A DNA stretch of 64,000 bases from Cyanidioschyzon merolae (taxonomy: Eukaryota), in assembly GCA_000091205.1 (NCBI GenBank), contig AP006501.2, one strand, 5' to 3'. The position numbers and the translations under genes were made by a program. Under the pieces are notes generated by a model. It was not told the origin of the DNA and did no database searches. It saw nothing but the letters and a program-made list of their open reading frames with translations. This document shows positions 32,815-43,463 of this stretch, piece by piece (position 1 is the first letter of the stretch; each line of letters opens with the position of its first letter).

Positions 32815-34050
32815 TTTAGATACGCAGGTGTCTCTCGTGTACCGCCAGATCCATTGCCAACAGTCGAAAGATGATGTACGCTTTCAAGTCCTGATTCCGC
32901 TGCTTCCGGCTGCCGTTCATGGAGTACGAGGACCAGGGAAGACAACGATTTTCGCATTGCTTTTCATCTTTCATCTCGCTTGTATTCACCCTCGGTGCGC
33001 CGCTCACAACCGTGACACATGACTGAGGTCAGCAGTTCCTCTGCTGCACAACACGCTCTCCTCCGAATGCCGCCCTGGAGCGCGTGAACGCCTCGTTCAT
33101 CGCTCGCGAGATGCCCATGGCGAGCACAGAAGGCCACCCGCGTTGCCGTCCTCTGTTTCAGCACCCAGTACGGTACCCTGTGATCACGGGCTTCTTCGGG
33201 ATGATCCCCAGTGTACCTGGTGTGTTTGCGGTACGCGCAAGCACATGCTGTCGCCGTCAATAGATGGTGTGCGGAACCCGCTCATGCCCCCGAGGGATCA
33301 CGTGCCGGAAGGCGAATCGGGCCCGGAGACCCGATCGAGCGGGTGTCGCAACGTCGACGCTCCCTTCGTGCAAGGCGGTGACGTGTGATCGGTTGGATGC
33401 ATCCGGTACAACGAATCAAGTCCGAACTCCAGACTCTTTTCCGTACAAGTAGATTAGCGGGAAGCCTCTGAGAGCCGATGCCCTGAGAGCTATCACGCTT
33501 CTGTCGAGATCCGTTTTGTCGCTGAGTTCACAGAGACTAGGACTTGCGTTTCGAACGGAATCGTTGATTAGATGTGATTTGTTCAGGAAACGCTCGGAAT
33601 GCACTTGTGCACACATCGTCAGGGCACGACGTCGCGCTCGTTCCCCAGTGCATCCAGCGCCGCGCATTGCCGCGCCCACGAGTTGATTCAGAACTGAGAG
33701 AAGATCGAAAACGTGCACGAACGCGTGAGCCTCTCATGCAGCATGTGAGGAATGGAGAAGAACAGAGGCTTTCGCGTACGAGCTGGATGACGACACTGGT
33801 TATTTTACGAATCGCTATTCGATGAAGTTGCGAAATATCTTGAGTTCCAGTGACTCGACGAATTCCAGTAGCAATGGTTCGAGGTCATTTTGCGGAAAAA
33901 CGGCGACTGGGAACGCTAAACTTACGCATGAGTCCGTAAGCCCTGCTTGCTCTACGTCGAATATCGATGCTGTTCATCTAGAACAAGTTCGGAAAACAAT
34001 CCCCAGGCAGAAAGAGGTCACCCATTCAAGTGTTCTTTCCGAATGGAACA
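32815..34050 (+). repeat. copy B1 of ~1.24-kb repeat (family B, distantly related to family A); ends ~200 bp upstream of the PrxQ start
   Basis: Near-identical to 38011-39250 (offset ~5196 bp), starting at tttagatacgcaggtgtctctcg. Identity decays gradually after ~34030/39230. Confidence 0.85.
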
Positions 34051-34257
34051 CGATTGTATGCTCTGCGCAGCGTTGCTGCAGCCGTTTGCTGTACGCGCCA
34101 GTCGTACCTGCATATAGCCGCATGGCATTGCGCTGGATGCGCCGCTTCAGCGCACAGCGTCTGTTGCGCAGATCGCCAGCTGCGGCGACACAGCGAGATG
34201 CGGGGCGCGCACTCAGGCCGATACCTGCGTCGCTGTGGTACCCGTTGAACGAGGAGC

Positions 34258-34562
34258 ATGTTTATCAGTTCGACGCCCTGTGTACGAGGCTCTGTGAGGA
34301 GTTTGAGTGTGCATTCACTTTCGAGACAGCTAGGTACCCGGTATTTCGTGCAAAGCAAGCACCAATCCCGTGTACGGCTTCGCACTTGCGTTATCCCCAC
34401 TGGTCCCGGCTCACTCCAGCGGACGGTGTGGTGTATGGAGCTCCAGGTGGGAGACGCGGCACCTGATTTTCAGATGCCGACTGACCAGGGCGGTCAAGTT
34501 TCACTGAAAGACTTTCGGGGGCGTCCAGTGGTACTCTACTTTTATCCGAAAGCCAATACACC
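34258..34562 (+). CDS. PRXQ: peroxiredoxin Q / BCP-type thiol peroxidase, exon 1 (possible targeting peptide; alternative start at 34435 MELQVGDAAPDF)
   Basis: AAPDF...FRGRPVVLYFYPKANTP is followed directly by a GTAAGT donor. Joining it to exon 2 restores the conserved FYPKxxTPGCTTQAC active site. Confidence 0.82.
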
Positions 34563-34678
34563 GTAAGTTGACGTGCAAACTGCTTGACGACGCTTGGCAC
34601 CAGAACCAGAGACTAACCGCAAGGGAGCACTTGGCTAGGGCTGCTTTTGCAGCACCGGGCTGGTACGCGAAATCGCAG
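34563..34678 (+). other. spliceosomal intron (116 nt) in PrxQ: GTAAGT donor, ACTAAC branch-like motif, AG acceptor
   Basis: Only this acceptor (…gaaatcgcag|t ggt tgt acg aca cag…) restores the frame and the PGCTTQACDLRD peroxidatic-Cys motif. The alternative acceptor at 34652 gives the wrong frame. Confidence 0.8.
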
Positions 34679-35027
34679 TGGTTGTACGACACAGGCTTGT
34701 GACTTGCGTGACAATATCGAGGACCTCAATAAAGTGGATGCCGTGGTTATCGGAGTTTCGCGTGACCCTGTCGCTGACTTAGCCAAGTTTCGGAAAGATC
34801 ATGGCCTCAACTTCTACCTCGCGTCCGATGCAGACGGATCCGTCACGGAAGCTTACGGAGTGTGGAAGTTGCGTAAGATGATGGGTCGCGAGTTCATGGG
34901 TATTGAACGCAGTACATTCATCATTCAGGACGGCGTGATTCGCAAACTGTGGCGCGGCGTGAAGGCCCCAGAGCATATCGCGTGGGTAAAGCGCTCGTTA
35001 GAAGAAATGAAAGCAGGTGCGAAGTAG
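34679..35027 (+). CDS. PRXQ: peroxiredoxin Q / BCP, exon 2
   Basis: GCTTQACDLRD...VVIGVSRD...LASDADGSVTEAYGVW...ERSTFIIQDGVIRKLW matches the BCP/PrxQ family. Stop at 35025-35027. Confidence 0.85.
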
Positions 35028-35723
35028 ATCGTCTTATGTGGAACGGTTGGGTTGCAAATAGCTTCCGAACGGCTTTGTGACATGCGTACGTTGTTCACGG
35101 TGCGCGGGAACATGTCATCGCGATGGTCGACGATTTCGATGCCGACGGCGGAAGGTGCGGTCCCTGCTCCACTTTACCGGTGACCGCCATGGCCGGGGCT
35201 ATGCGGAAACGCGTGTGAGCGCACTGCAGTGGTCTGTTGGAGCATTTTACGGACGTGTTGCTGCATTGCAAGCGACAAAAGTAAAAAGGAATGCGAATTT
35301 CTCCGAGGAACTTACCTTTCTTCATGCAATGGGTCCCGTTCTGCTGTGAGACTCGTTTCCTCGTGCTAGAGGCAGATGCTTGGAAACAGGAGTTTTGTTG
35401 GATCAGCGCACAGCGCCTATTCATAGGATATGCTTCGTCTGGACACCCCTTGCGTTTCCGGAATCAATGAGAACGACTGTCCACATGATACAGCTGCTCA
35501 TCATCGGCGCCAGGTTCTTGTAAGCCCCAGGAAAATCACCGTCCCAGCTCACGGGCTTGCCCCGGCATGCCAAGTCGTCGTGTGAACCGCAGCGCAGCGC
35601 TCCGATCGGCAATCGAAAGCGCAGCAGTGCTGGTGCTTACCGTGGCGCGGCGCGCGCGTTGTGCCGCAGCAGCGGATAGCGCTCAGTCTCTAATGTGGTA
35701 CATATCAGAACAAAGAGGAACGG

Positions 35724-37256
35724 GTGACTTCAAACTGCTCGTTGCTCGCGACATCCGGAAACAGCTTTGGCGTCGCCAGCGCTACAGCTGCAGCTGTTTC
35801 TGTGAGCTCGACGCAGCCGCCAGTCTCGCTCATAAGTGCTTCGTCGTCAATGTGCGAGCGACGAAGCTCATGTGTGCGGGTGCTGCCCCGAAGGCTTCTC
35901 GTTTTGCTCTGGTGCTTCGTGTACCTATGTGACGCACTGCAGCCCGCAGAGAGTGAAAAAGTTGATTCCAAGGCACTTTTCGACCAGGTTGGAACGACAC
36001 TTGTGTCTATAGAGCGGGTTCAACGCAATCACTTACGCACAGAGTACGGCTCTGTGCTGCAGCACTGCAAGGTGACCCTAAAGACGCTGGATAACTTTTG
36101 CAGGCGATCGTATGTAGCTTGTAACCAGACGCGCACGTGTGCGGAGCAATTAGAACCTTGGAAGGCCCGCGTTCATGATTTAAGCGTGAACCTAGAACGG
36201 CTGACAAGCGAGAGAATTCGCGAGCGCGAAGCTCACGCGGTTCGCGTGCGCGAGCTCGAGGCGAAACTTTCCGCAGCGCGCCAGACAACCGTCAATAGTA
36301 TCGATGAACAGCGCTTGATGCGAACAAGCGGCACCGCTGCTCTGTTCGGCAACAAATGGATGCCCACGGTCGGCAATAGGCTCCATTTGCCAGCCGTGCT
36401 GCTCCTCGTCAGCTTCGGCTACCTGCTATGCGTATTTGTAGGAAGGGCATCGTCGTGGCTTCGTTACCAGAGATCCTGTGCTGTTGTTGGTCATTTCCGA
36501 GCACGAAACAGTACCCGCTTCGACGCTGCGTTTCGCTGGGTTCGAGCCGTGGATTTGTTGTGTGCGGGCCTTTTTTTGATGGCCGTGTTCTTCCCAGGAC
36601 CGATCGCGCGAACGATGATGGAGTCTGAACGATCCTTGCCGCTGTGGAGCTCCCTGTGCTACTGGGCACAATGCATCGCATGCGTATCCGGAACGTCTTT
36701 GAATGCATTCGTCTTATTTTCCGTGTTTTGGAGGGCACGATCTGTTGGGGCACTTTCAGCCTTCATTTCTCTCTGTCTCGTTCGGAGCATTCACCTTGTT
36801 GCATCTGTCAGTGTCTTATACCATTCCAGCTTCCACTGGCGCATGCCAGCGACGACCGGTCTCTTCAATACCACCGTTGAAGCAGCACATTCGTATGACA
36901 TGATGACGCATCGCTTGCGGATCTACTTTCTCACGTATGGTTTCATTTTCATGTTGATGGCGTGGGACACGCACCAGCAACTCACCGATCATGCACCGCT
37001 CAGAGCAGCAGTGCTCACTGTCGAACGTGTACGTCGACTTTCGAAGAGCCGTCGGCCACGAGCCGCCCCCGAGAAAGCGTTATGCTATCGATCCCTTGTA
37101 TCTAGTCCCAGAAGAGGCATGCAGCCATCCCTGGAGTCAGGGTCGTCCAGATCATTTTCAACTCTTGAGTCTGGCGACTGGAAGACGCCGCCCTTGCGCC
37201 GCGTCGTTGCTGAAAAGCGAACTTGCGCGCGAACGGTTGTAAGTACACCAGACTGA
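35724..37256 (+). CDS. hypothetical multi-pass membrane protein with N-terminal coiled-coil region (probable start at internal Met ~35850)
   Basis: 510-aa ORF. Signal/anchor-like MCERRSSCVRVLPRRLLVLLWCFVYLC, then a coiled-coil segment (ERIREREAHAVRVRELEAKL), then at least 5 hydrophobic helices. No family recognised. Confidence 0.5.
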   Translation: MTSNCSLLATSGNSFGVASATAAAVSVSSTQPPVSLISASSSMCERRSSCVRVLPRRLLVLLWCFVYLCDALQPAESEKVDSKALFDQVGTTLVSIERVQRNHLRTEYGSVLQHCKVTLKTLDNFCRRSYVACNQTRTCAEQLEPWKARVHDLSVNLERLTSERIREREAHAVRVRELEAKLSAARQTTVNSIDEQRLMRTSGTAALFGNKWMPTVGNRLHLPAVLLLVSFGYLLCVFVGRASSWLRYQRSCAVVGHFRARNSTRFDAAFRWVRAVDLLCAGLFLMAVFFPGPIARTMMESERSLPLWSSLCYWAQCIACVSGTSLNAFVLFSVFWRARSVGALSAFISLCLVRSIHLVASVSVLYHSSFHWRMPATTGLFNTTVEAAHSYDMMTHRLRIYFLTYGFIFMLMAWDTHQQLTDHAPLRAAVLTVERVRRLSKSRRPRAAPEKALCYRSLVSSPRRGMQPSLESGSSRSFSTLESGDWKTPPLRRVVAEKRTCARTVVSTPD

Positions 37257-38010
37257 ACCCGCCATAACATTGGACATTGTCAGTCATGTACAACGCTGAA
37301 ATGAGGCGCCAGATGTGCATGGAGTCCGCAAACAACATCTGATAGCGCTCGGGACGCTTAACAAGAGTCAGCGACCAGGAAATCATCCTAGTTCTTGATC
37401 ATTTCAAAACATTTGTCAACGAAACCGGGTCCTGCACGCTGGTTATTTTTCGCGCGAGGCTGTACTCGCTCCATGTACTGTTCCGTTGCAGCGTCACGAA
37501 TGCGGAATTTTCACGAGCGAATCTGAACAGTCTCTGTGCGATACACGGCTTTCAGTTAACCAGCGAGCTCTGTCCGTGCACTGCGCTTGCTCTACGCTTC
37601 ACGGACTGCGCAGTCGGCCAACTGCCGCCGGTGTGCGTTCAAACTTTGGGTGAACAGCGCAAGCGACCAGCGTATCAGGCATAGTGCTGAAGTCAAACTG
37701 AACGACGCAACGCTCTGTAACTGAGAATCAGCTCCGCCGATTCAGGGAGATGCACCCAAAGAAACGGTGAAAACAACGTAAAGAATCGAAGGGCTCTCAG
37801 ACCGACGTGGCGTTGGTACGCACTGGCTTGATGAAGCGCTCGTAACAGTAATCGAATGCAGTTACACGAGTGCCAGACTACAAGGAAAACAGTTCCGCTT
37901 AGCTAACTCGGGTGTACGAGCGAAAGCTTGCGCTGTTTCCAACTGTCATCAGCGTCAGCCTTGCGAGCTTTCTCTGCGACCGCTTCCTTTGCCTCTCTTG
38001 TATCTGCGGC

Positions 38011-39250
38011 TTTAGATACGCAGGTGTCTCTCGTGTACCGCCAGATCCATTGCCAACAGTCGAAAGATGATGTACGCTTTCAAGTCCTGATTCCGCTGCT
38101 TCCGGCTGCCGTTCATGGAGTACGAGGACCAGGGAAGACAACGATTTTCGCATTGCTTTTCATCTTTCATCTCGCTTGTATTCACCCTCGGTGCGCCGCT
38201 CACAACCGTGACACATGACTGAGGTCAGCAGTTCCTCTGCTGCACAACACGCTCTCCTCCGAATGCCGCCCTGGAGCGCGTGAACGCCTCGTTCATCGCT
38301 CGCGAGATGCCCATGGCGAGCACAGAAGGCCACCCGCGTTGCCGTCCTCTGTTTCAGCACCCAGTACGGTGCCCTGTGATCACGGGCTTCTTCGGGATGA
38401 TCCCCAGTGTACCTGGTGTTTTTGCGGTACGCGCAAGCACATGCTGTCGCCGTCAATAGATGGTGTGCGGAACCCGCTCATGCCCCCGAGGGATCACGTG
38501 CCGGAAGGCGAATCGCGCCCGGAGACCCGATCGAGCGGGTGTCGCAACGTCGACGCTCCCTTCGTGCAAGGCGGTGACGTGTGATCGGTTGGATGCATCC
38601 GGTACAACGAATCAAGTCCGAACTCCAGACTCTTTTCCGTACAAGTAGATTAGCGGGAAGCCTCTGAGAGCCGATGCCCTGAGAGCCATCACGCTTCTGT
38701 CGAGATCCGTTTTGTCGCTGAGTTCACAGAGACTAGGACTTGCGTTTCGAACGGAATCGTTGATTAGATGTGATTTGTTCAGGAAACGCTCGGAATGCAC
38801 TTGTGCACACATCGCTAGGGCACGACGTCGCGCTCGTTCCCCAGTGCATCCAGCGCCGCGCATTGCCGCGCCCACGAGTTGATTCAGAACTGAGAGAAGA
38901 TCGAAAACGTGCACGAACGCGTGAGCCTCTCATGCAGCATGTGAGGAATGGAGAAGAACAGAGGCTTTCGCGTACGAGCTGGATGACGACACTGGTTATT
39001 TTACGAATCGCTATTCGATGAAGTTGCGAAATATCTTGATTTCCAGTGACTCGACGAATTCCAGTAGCAATGGTTCGAGGTCATTTTGCGGAAAAACGGC
39101 GACTAGGAACGCTAAACTTACGTATGAGTCCGTAAGCCCTGCTCGCTCTACGTCGAATATCGATGCTGTTCATCTAGAACAAGTTCGGAAAACAATCCCC
39201 AGGCAGAAAGAGGTCACCCATTCATGTGCTCTTTCGGAATGGAATCCAAT
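38011..39250 (+). repeat. copy B2 of family-B repeat; ends ~50 bp upstream of the ETF-beta start codon
   Basis: See B1. Embedded ORF-track proteins differ from B1 by single residues. Confidence 0.85.
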
Positions 39251-39300
39251 CGGATGGGTGGCACGGCCGCGCTGCTGCTTTTCCAAAGAACAGACAACAT

Positions 39301-39778
39301 ATGCCTCCCCCCTGCTTCAGGGTTCTAGTTGGCGTGAAAAGAGTTGTTGATTATGCAGTCAAAGTTAGGATCACACCAGATCACAGTGGAGTGGATACCG
39401 CGAACCTTAAAACCTCCATGAACCCGTTCTGTGAACTCGCTGTTGAGGCTGCAGTGCAGCTGCGCGAACGCCTCGGTCCGGAGCGCGTGCCCGAAATCGT
39501 CGCTGCCAGTGTGGGCCCCACAGCGTGCCAGGAGACCCTGCGGACAGCGCTTGCCATGGGAGTCGATCGTGCCGTACTCGTGAACACCGACGCAGCACCA
39601 GTGTCCGACTCCAAAGCGGGTAGCGCGCTGCAGCCGGAGCCGTTAGATGTTGCGCGGACGCTGGCGGCGCTTCAGTCGCGACTCCAGTCGAACTTGATTC
39701 TGCTTGGGAAGCAAGCTATTGATGACGATTCGAACCAGACAGGCCAACTGCTGGCTGGAATTTTGAACTGGTCACAAG
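39301..39778 (+). CDS. ETFB: electron transfer flavoprotein beta subunit, exon 1
   Basis: MPPPCFRVLVGVKRVVDYAVKVRITPD...MNPFCELAVEAAVQL...GKQAIDDDSNQTGQLLAGILNWSQ, immediately followed by a GTAAGT donor. Confidence 0.85.
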
Positions 39779-40022
39779 TAAGTGAAGCTCGATGAGCACC
39801 AGGTTGACGCCTCTGCGCCTCAGATGATGAACGCATCAGCCGCTTTTCACGACGGTCTACTGAGTTGAGAACGATGCGGATAAAGGCTTGCATCGTAGAG
39901 ATGCTCTGATGAGGCGCACAGATAATCGATCTACGACGGGGCAACTGTCGCGGCGATGAGACGCTTGGCAGCGATGAGAACCTAGATAACTAACCACGGC
40001 ATGCAACGACGCTGATACCCAG
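39779..40022 (+). other. spliceosomal intron (244 nt) in ETFB: GTAAGT donor, TAACTAAC branch-like motif ~35 nt upstream of the CAG acceptor
   Basis: Joining 39778|40023 gives ...NWSQ|GTFLSKIEAEKEQDLLQVDREVDEGIERLRL..., matching the ETF-beta consensus (WPQGTFASKVE...REIDGGLETLRL). Confidence 0.82.
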
Positions 40023-40367
40023 GGAACTTTTCTCTCCAAGATCGAGGCCGAAAAAGAGCAAGATTTGCTGCAAGTCGACCGTGAAGTTGATGAAGGAATT
40101 GAACGGCTCCGGCTTCGACTGCCGAGTGTACTGACTTGCGACTTGCGCCTGAACAAACCACGATACATAACGTTGCCGAACCTGATGCGAGCGAAAACGA
40201 AACCGATTGAAACGCTCAGTACGAGCGACCTCGGCGTTGCGTTGCGAACGTACTGGCAAATTGTTCGCGTCGACGAACCACCCGCTCGCCGTCAAGTCAC
40301 GATGCTCAAAACTGTCGATGAGCTGGTGGCGAAACTCCAGCAACTAGGCGTTTTGGACCGCGCTTGA
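40023..40367 (+). CDS. ETFB: electron transfer flavoprotein beta subunit, exon 2
   Basis: C-terminal ETF-beta block LRLNKPRYITLPNLMRAKTKPIE...VDELVAKLQQLGVL. Confidence 0.85.
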   Translation, partial: GTFLSKIEAEKEQDLLQVDREVDEGIERLRLRLPSVLTCDLRLNKPRYITLPNLMRAKTKPIETLSTSDLGVALRTYWQIVRVDEPPARRQVTMLKTVDELVAKLQQLGVLDRA

Positions 40368-42074
40368 TGTACTATCACAGATGTATCCGGTCATGTTGAT
40401 GCTGAGGACGTCACCGAAAAACGTGCATACGTGCGTGCGTTCGTGTGTGAAACCGAGCGAGACATTGCATGCATAGCGGCTGCAGAGTCGTTCGTGATGC
40501 ACATGGAGGCTGGTATCTGATACACTTCATTCCAGCCGACAATGATGTCGGGATATCATATCCGCAACGCGGCGAATCGATATCCGGAGGCTTGTGCGGT
40601 TGCTGATGCAGAGCGCGCTCTTGTGTGCATGAGGTGCACTTCAGGATCCAGTGTTTTTCATGCTGGTATGCTGTACCAACGATGGGGACCATTGGAGTTC
40701 ATGAAAATGATAGACCTCTACCAACGGCTTCGTTGCCGCACTGCTCCGTATTCCAGGACATTTCGGGCGGTTTTGGCAGTGTCGAAAGAGGATACATTAT
40801 CTGGCGCTGTCTTGTGGGCTTGTTTACGGGGCAGAGCAGCATCGGACAGCGACTGCTTGGAAACATATTTGCCTCACATGGCATGCTGCATCGATGAGCA
40901 TGCGTTTCGGCTCTCGCTCAATCTAGCTCAGAGCGCTTGCCGCCCTCGCTAGGAGCGTGCGGTACCGTACGCGAGGTTGACCCGTCTCGCCGCGCAATCA
41001 GCTAGCGAGACACGGCTTCCGCATGGCACCGGGGAAATCCCTACAGCTACCATTGTTACAGCTGCCTCTTCAGTTCATTTACGACGAACGCAATTTCCGC
41101 TGGAACGGTGCAAACATTCGCACATGCAGGCTTACTGGACACGTGCTTTGGAATGTGTCCACACGCCCCGGGGCGAGCATTCCGTCGACACAGACGCATC
41201 GCTTCTCGCTACCCGGCGAGCTGTGCTGCTCGCGTTAATCTCCAAAGATTCTGAAGCGTGTCCAATCGAAAGCAGGCCATGTTTGTCACCCGCCAATGAC
41301 GCCGTGCAGCGAAAGCGCCGTAGATTCAGCACCCAACCTCGAGATGCAGCGCACGTCCCGAACGACCCCAACTCCTTGTCGCAGAAGACTCCGAGGATGC
41401 ACCTGTTTCCCAACTTATTCTAACTTACACCAAACTCTGAGCCTAAATACCGACTTTCGGGGAGTCTCCGACACCACTCTGGCGCAGCGAAGACGCGCTC
41501 ACCTGGATTGATCTCCGGGAAACCTGCGTTCCACAAATCAACATCTCTACGCAGTCAGTTCTTCTCTATCCCGTTCCAAGTCTCCGAGATCCTAGCGCGT
41601 CCCTGAGTCCGCCAGACTATAGATATGAGAAAAATGCTGCGTTTTGGAAGCGATTTCTCAGAACTTAGGACCCCAAGTCCTGAATATGAGCACGCGTCGT
41701 CGCAAGAAGCAAAGTTGAGACAAAGCGTCCACGAACTGTACGCAAGCGTTTCGTGCCACCCGCTGCAGCAGCTACCCAACTTTATCCCGCCAGCTGCTAA
41801 AAAACACTTGCCTCATTCACCCTACAAGCGTCCTGTTTCGAACACGGCTCGAAGACAAGGCTCCTCGGATAGAACTATCAGCTCCATACCGTGGGCGTGT
41901 TCGCGGTGGGGCAGACGGCGCCCGGTGCACCGAACCTGCGTCCGCGAACATTCGCGCTCGGCATCCGGTACCCGAATCCGAAACCGCTTTCCTCCTCGCT
42001 GTCGTTCTACAACGCGTTCAGAGCGATTGACGCGAACGTCTTCGATATTTTTGGGACTATTCAGGTACCAGCGT

Positions 42075-43034
42075 ATGTCTAAACACTTGAATCGAGGCCT
42101 GCGTCAGGCGAGCCTTGTCGCTTACCTGGTACCACTGACGCAGCAGCTGTGGCGAGGGAGAAGCGCGCGCTGTTTATCGTGCTCGACCCGTTTTGCCTAT
42201 TCGGACTTGACTCCAAACCGGTATTCAAAAAGTCTCTACGGACTTGATGGGCGTCAGCAGTTTCGTCGCAAGTTATCGGCGGCGCAGCGAGACAGGGAAC
42301 TGCGCAACGAGTCTGCCCGTATGACTGCAGACGGCGCCCAGCAACAGGAACGAGTCCCAGCGGCGTCACGTCAAGCCGTAACCTTCATCCGAGCTCGACA
42401 TATCCTGCTTGAATCGCAGCAGATGGCAAACACCATACTAGAGAGGGTTCAGCTTGCCGAGCCGGGCCCTGCGCGAACGCAGTTGTTCGCGTCCCTAGCG
42501 CAAACGCTGTCGACGTGCGAGACGCGGACCCGTGGCGGCGACCTTGGCTGGTTCCGACGAGGTCAAATGGTGCCCGCTTTCGAAGAAGCTTGTCTGGCAG
42601 CCGAAGCGAACGTCCCGTTCAAAGTTCGAACGGAGTTTGGCTGGCATGTTGTGGAAGTTCTGGAGTTTGGCCACCAGCGTGGAGTCATATCGGTGAAGGA
42701 GTTTGCGGAGCTATATCAAAATTCGGAGCGACGGAAGCTCTATCAGCTGATTGATGTTCGCGAACCCGGTGAACTGGAGATCGTTCAGCTTGAGGGTTTC
42801 ATGAACTTGCCGCTCAACGAGTACTCGCGATGGCGTCACCTCGTGGAGGGCTCCGAAACCCAGCCTCCCGTCCTCGATCGCAATCGACCCATCGTGGTGA
42901 TGTGTCATCACGGGATTCGGAGTGCAACCATGTGCGCTTATCTGTGCCAGCAGGGGTTTTCTAATGTGCTGAACTTGCTTGGAGGAATCGACGCGTATGC
43001 AGCAGAGATTGACCAAGGCCTGCGACGATACTGA
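42075..43034 (+). CDS. parvulin-type peptidyl-prolyl isomerase (PpiC domain) fused to a C-terminal rhodanese domain. The longest ORF begins at 41625 but its first ~150 codons are low-complexity; likely start at 42075 with a targeting peptide.
   Basis: PpiC block IRARHILLESQQMANTIL...TRGGDLGWFRRGQMVPAFEEA...GWHVVEVLEF. Rhodanese block LIDVREPGELEIVQLEGFMNLPL...IVVMCHHGIRSATMCAYL. Architecture as in plant rhodanese-like/PpiC domain proteins. Confidence 0.78.
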   Translation: MSKHLNRGLRQASLVAYLVPLTQQLWRGRSARCLSCSTRFAYSDLTPNRYSKSLYGLDGRQQFRRKLSAAQRDRELRNESARMTADGAQQQERVPAASRQAVTFIRARHILLESQQMANTILERVQLAEPGPARTQLFASLAQTLSTCETRTRGGDLGWFRRGQMVPAFEEACLAAEANVPFKVRTEFGWHVVEVLEFGHQRGVISVKEFAELYQNSERRKLYQLIDVREPGELEIVQLEGFMNLPLNEYSRWRHLVEGSETQPPVLDRNRPIVVMCHHGIRSATMCAYLCQQGFSNVLNLLGGIDAYAAEIDQGLRRY

Positions 43035-43463
43035 GCGCGGCGGCAGGGTACCGCCTCGTCGTCAGCGGACTGGTGCTCCGTCCGTCGCCGGTCAATTGTG
43101 CCGCGTCAGCGATCTGATTTACTGGCGTACCCGTGAACGAGTGCATCAGCGAAAGACACAAGCATGCCCGAGGACGTCTGCGAATACGTTCGATTCGCGG
43201 GCAGACACCACAGACGTCATCGCGGATGCACAGACCACGGGTACGTTACGTTCGTCGCTGACCCGTCAACGCTGATGTATTCGCGGCATTGGTGACGGGG
43301 TTATTCCACGCAGGGGCAAAGCAGAATCGGGTCTAGAGGGGTGATGTTCGAGGGTTCACATGCGATCGTTGCAGCACATCTGGGATCATATCTGCTTTGA
43401 AAGAAGCTGTTGATGTGTTGCTCATGCGCAGAGGAAGTGTAAAAAGACGGGAGCGCTATGGCC

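Noticed and set aside
32815-39250. B1…B2 as the two LTRs of an LTR retrotransposon
   Set aside because: The internal 4 kb encodes host-type PrxQ and a membrane protein rather than gag/pol. No PBS/PPT-like features were identified, and the repeat identity fades gradually into flanking genes instead of ending at sharp TG…CA termini.
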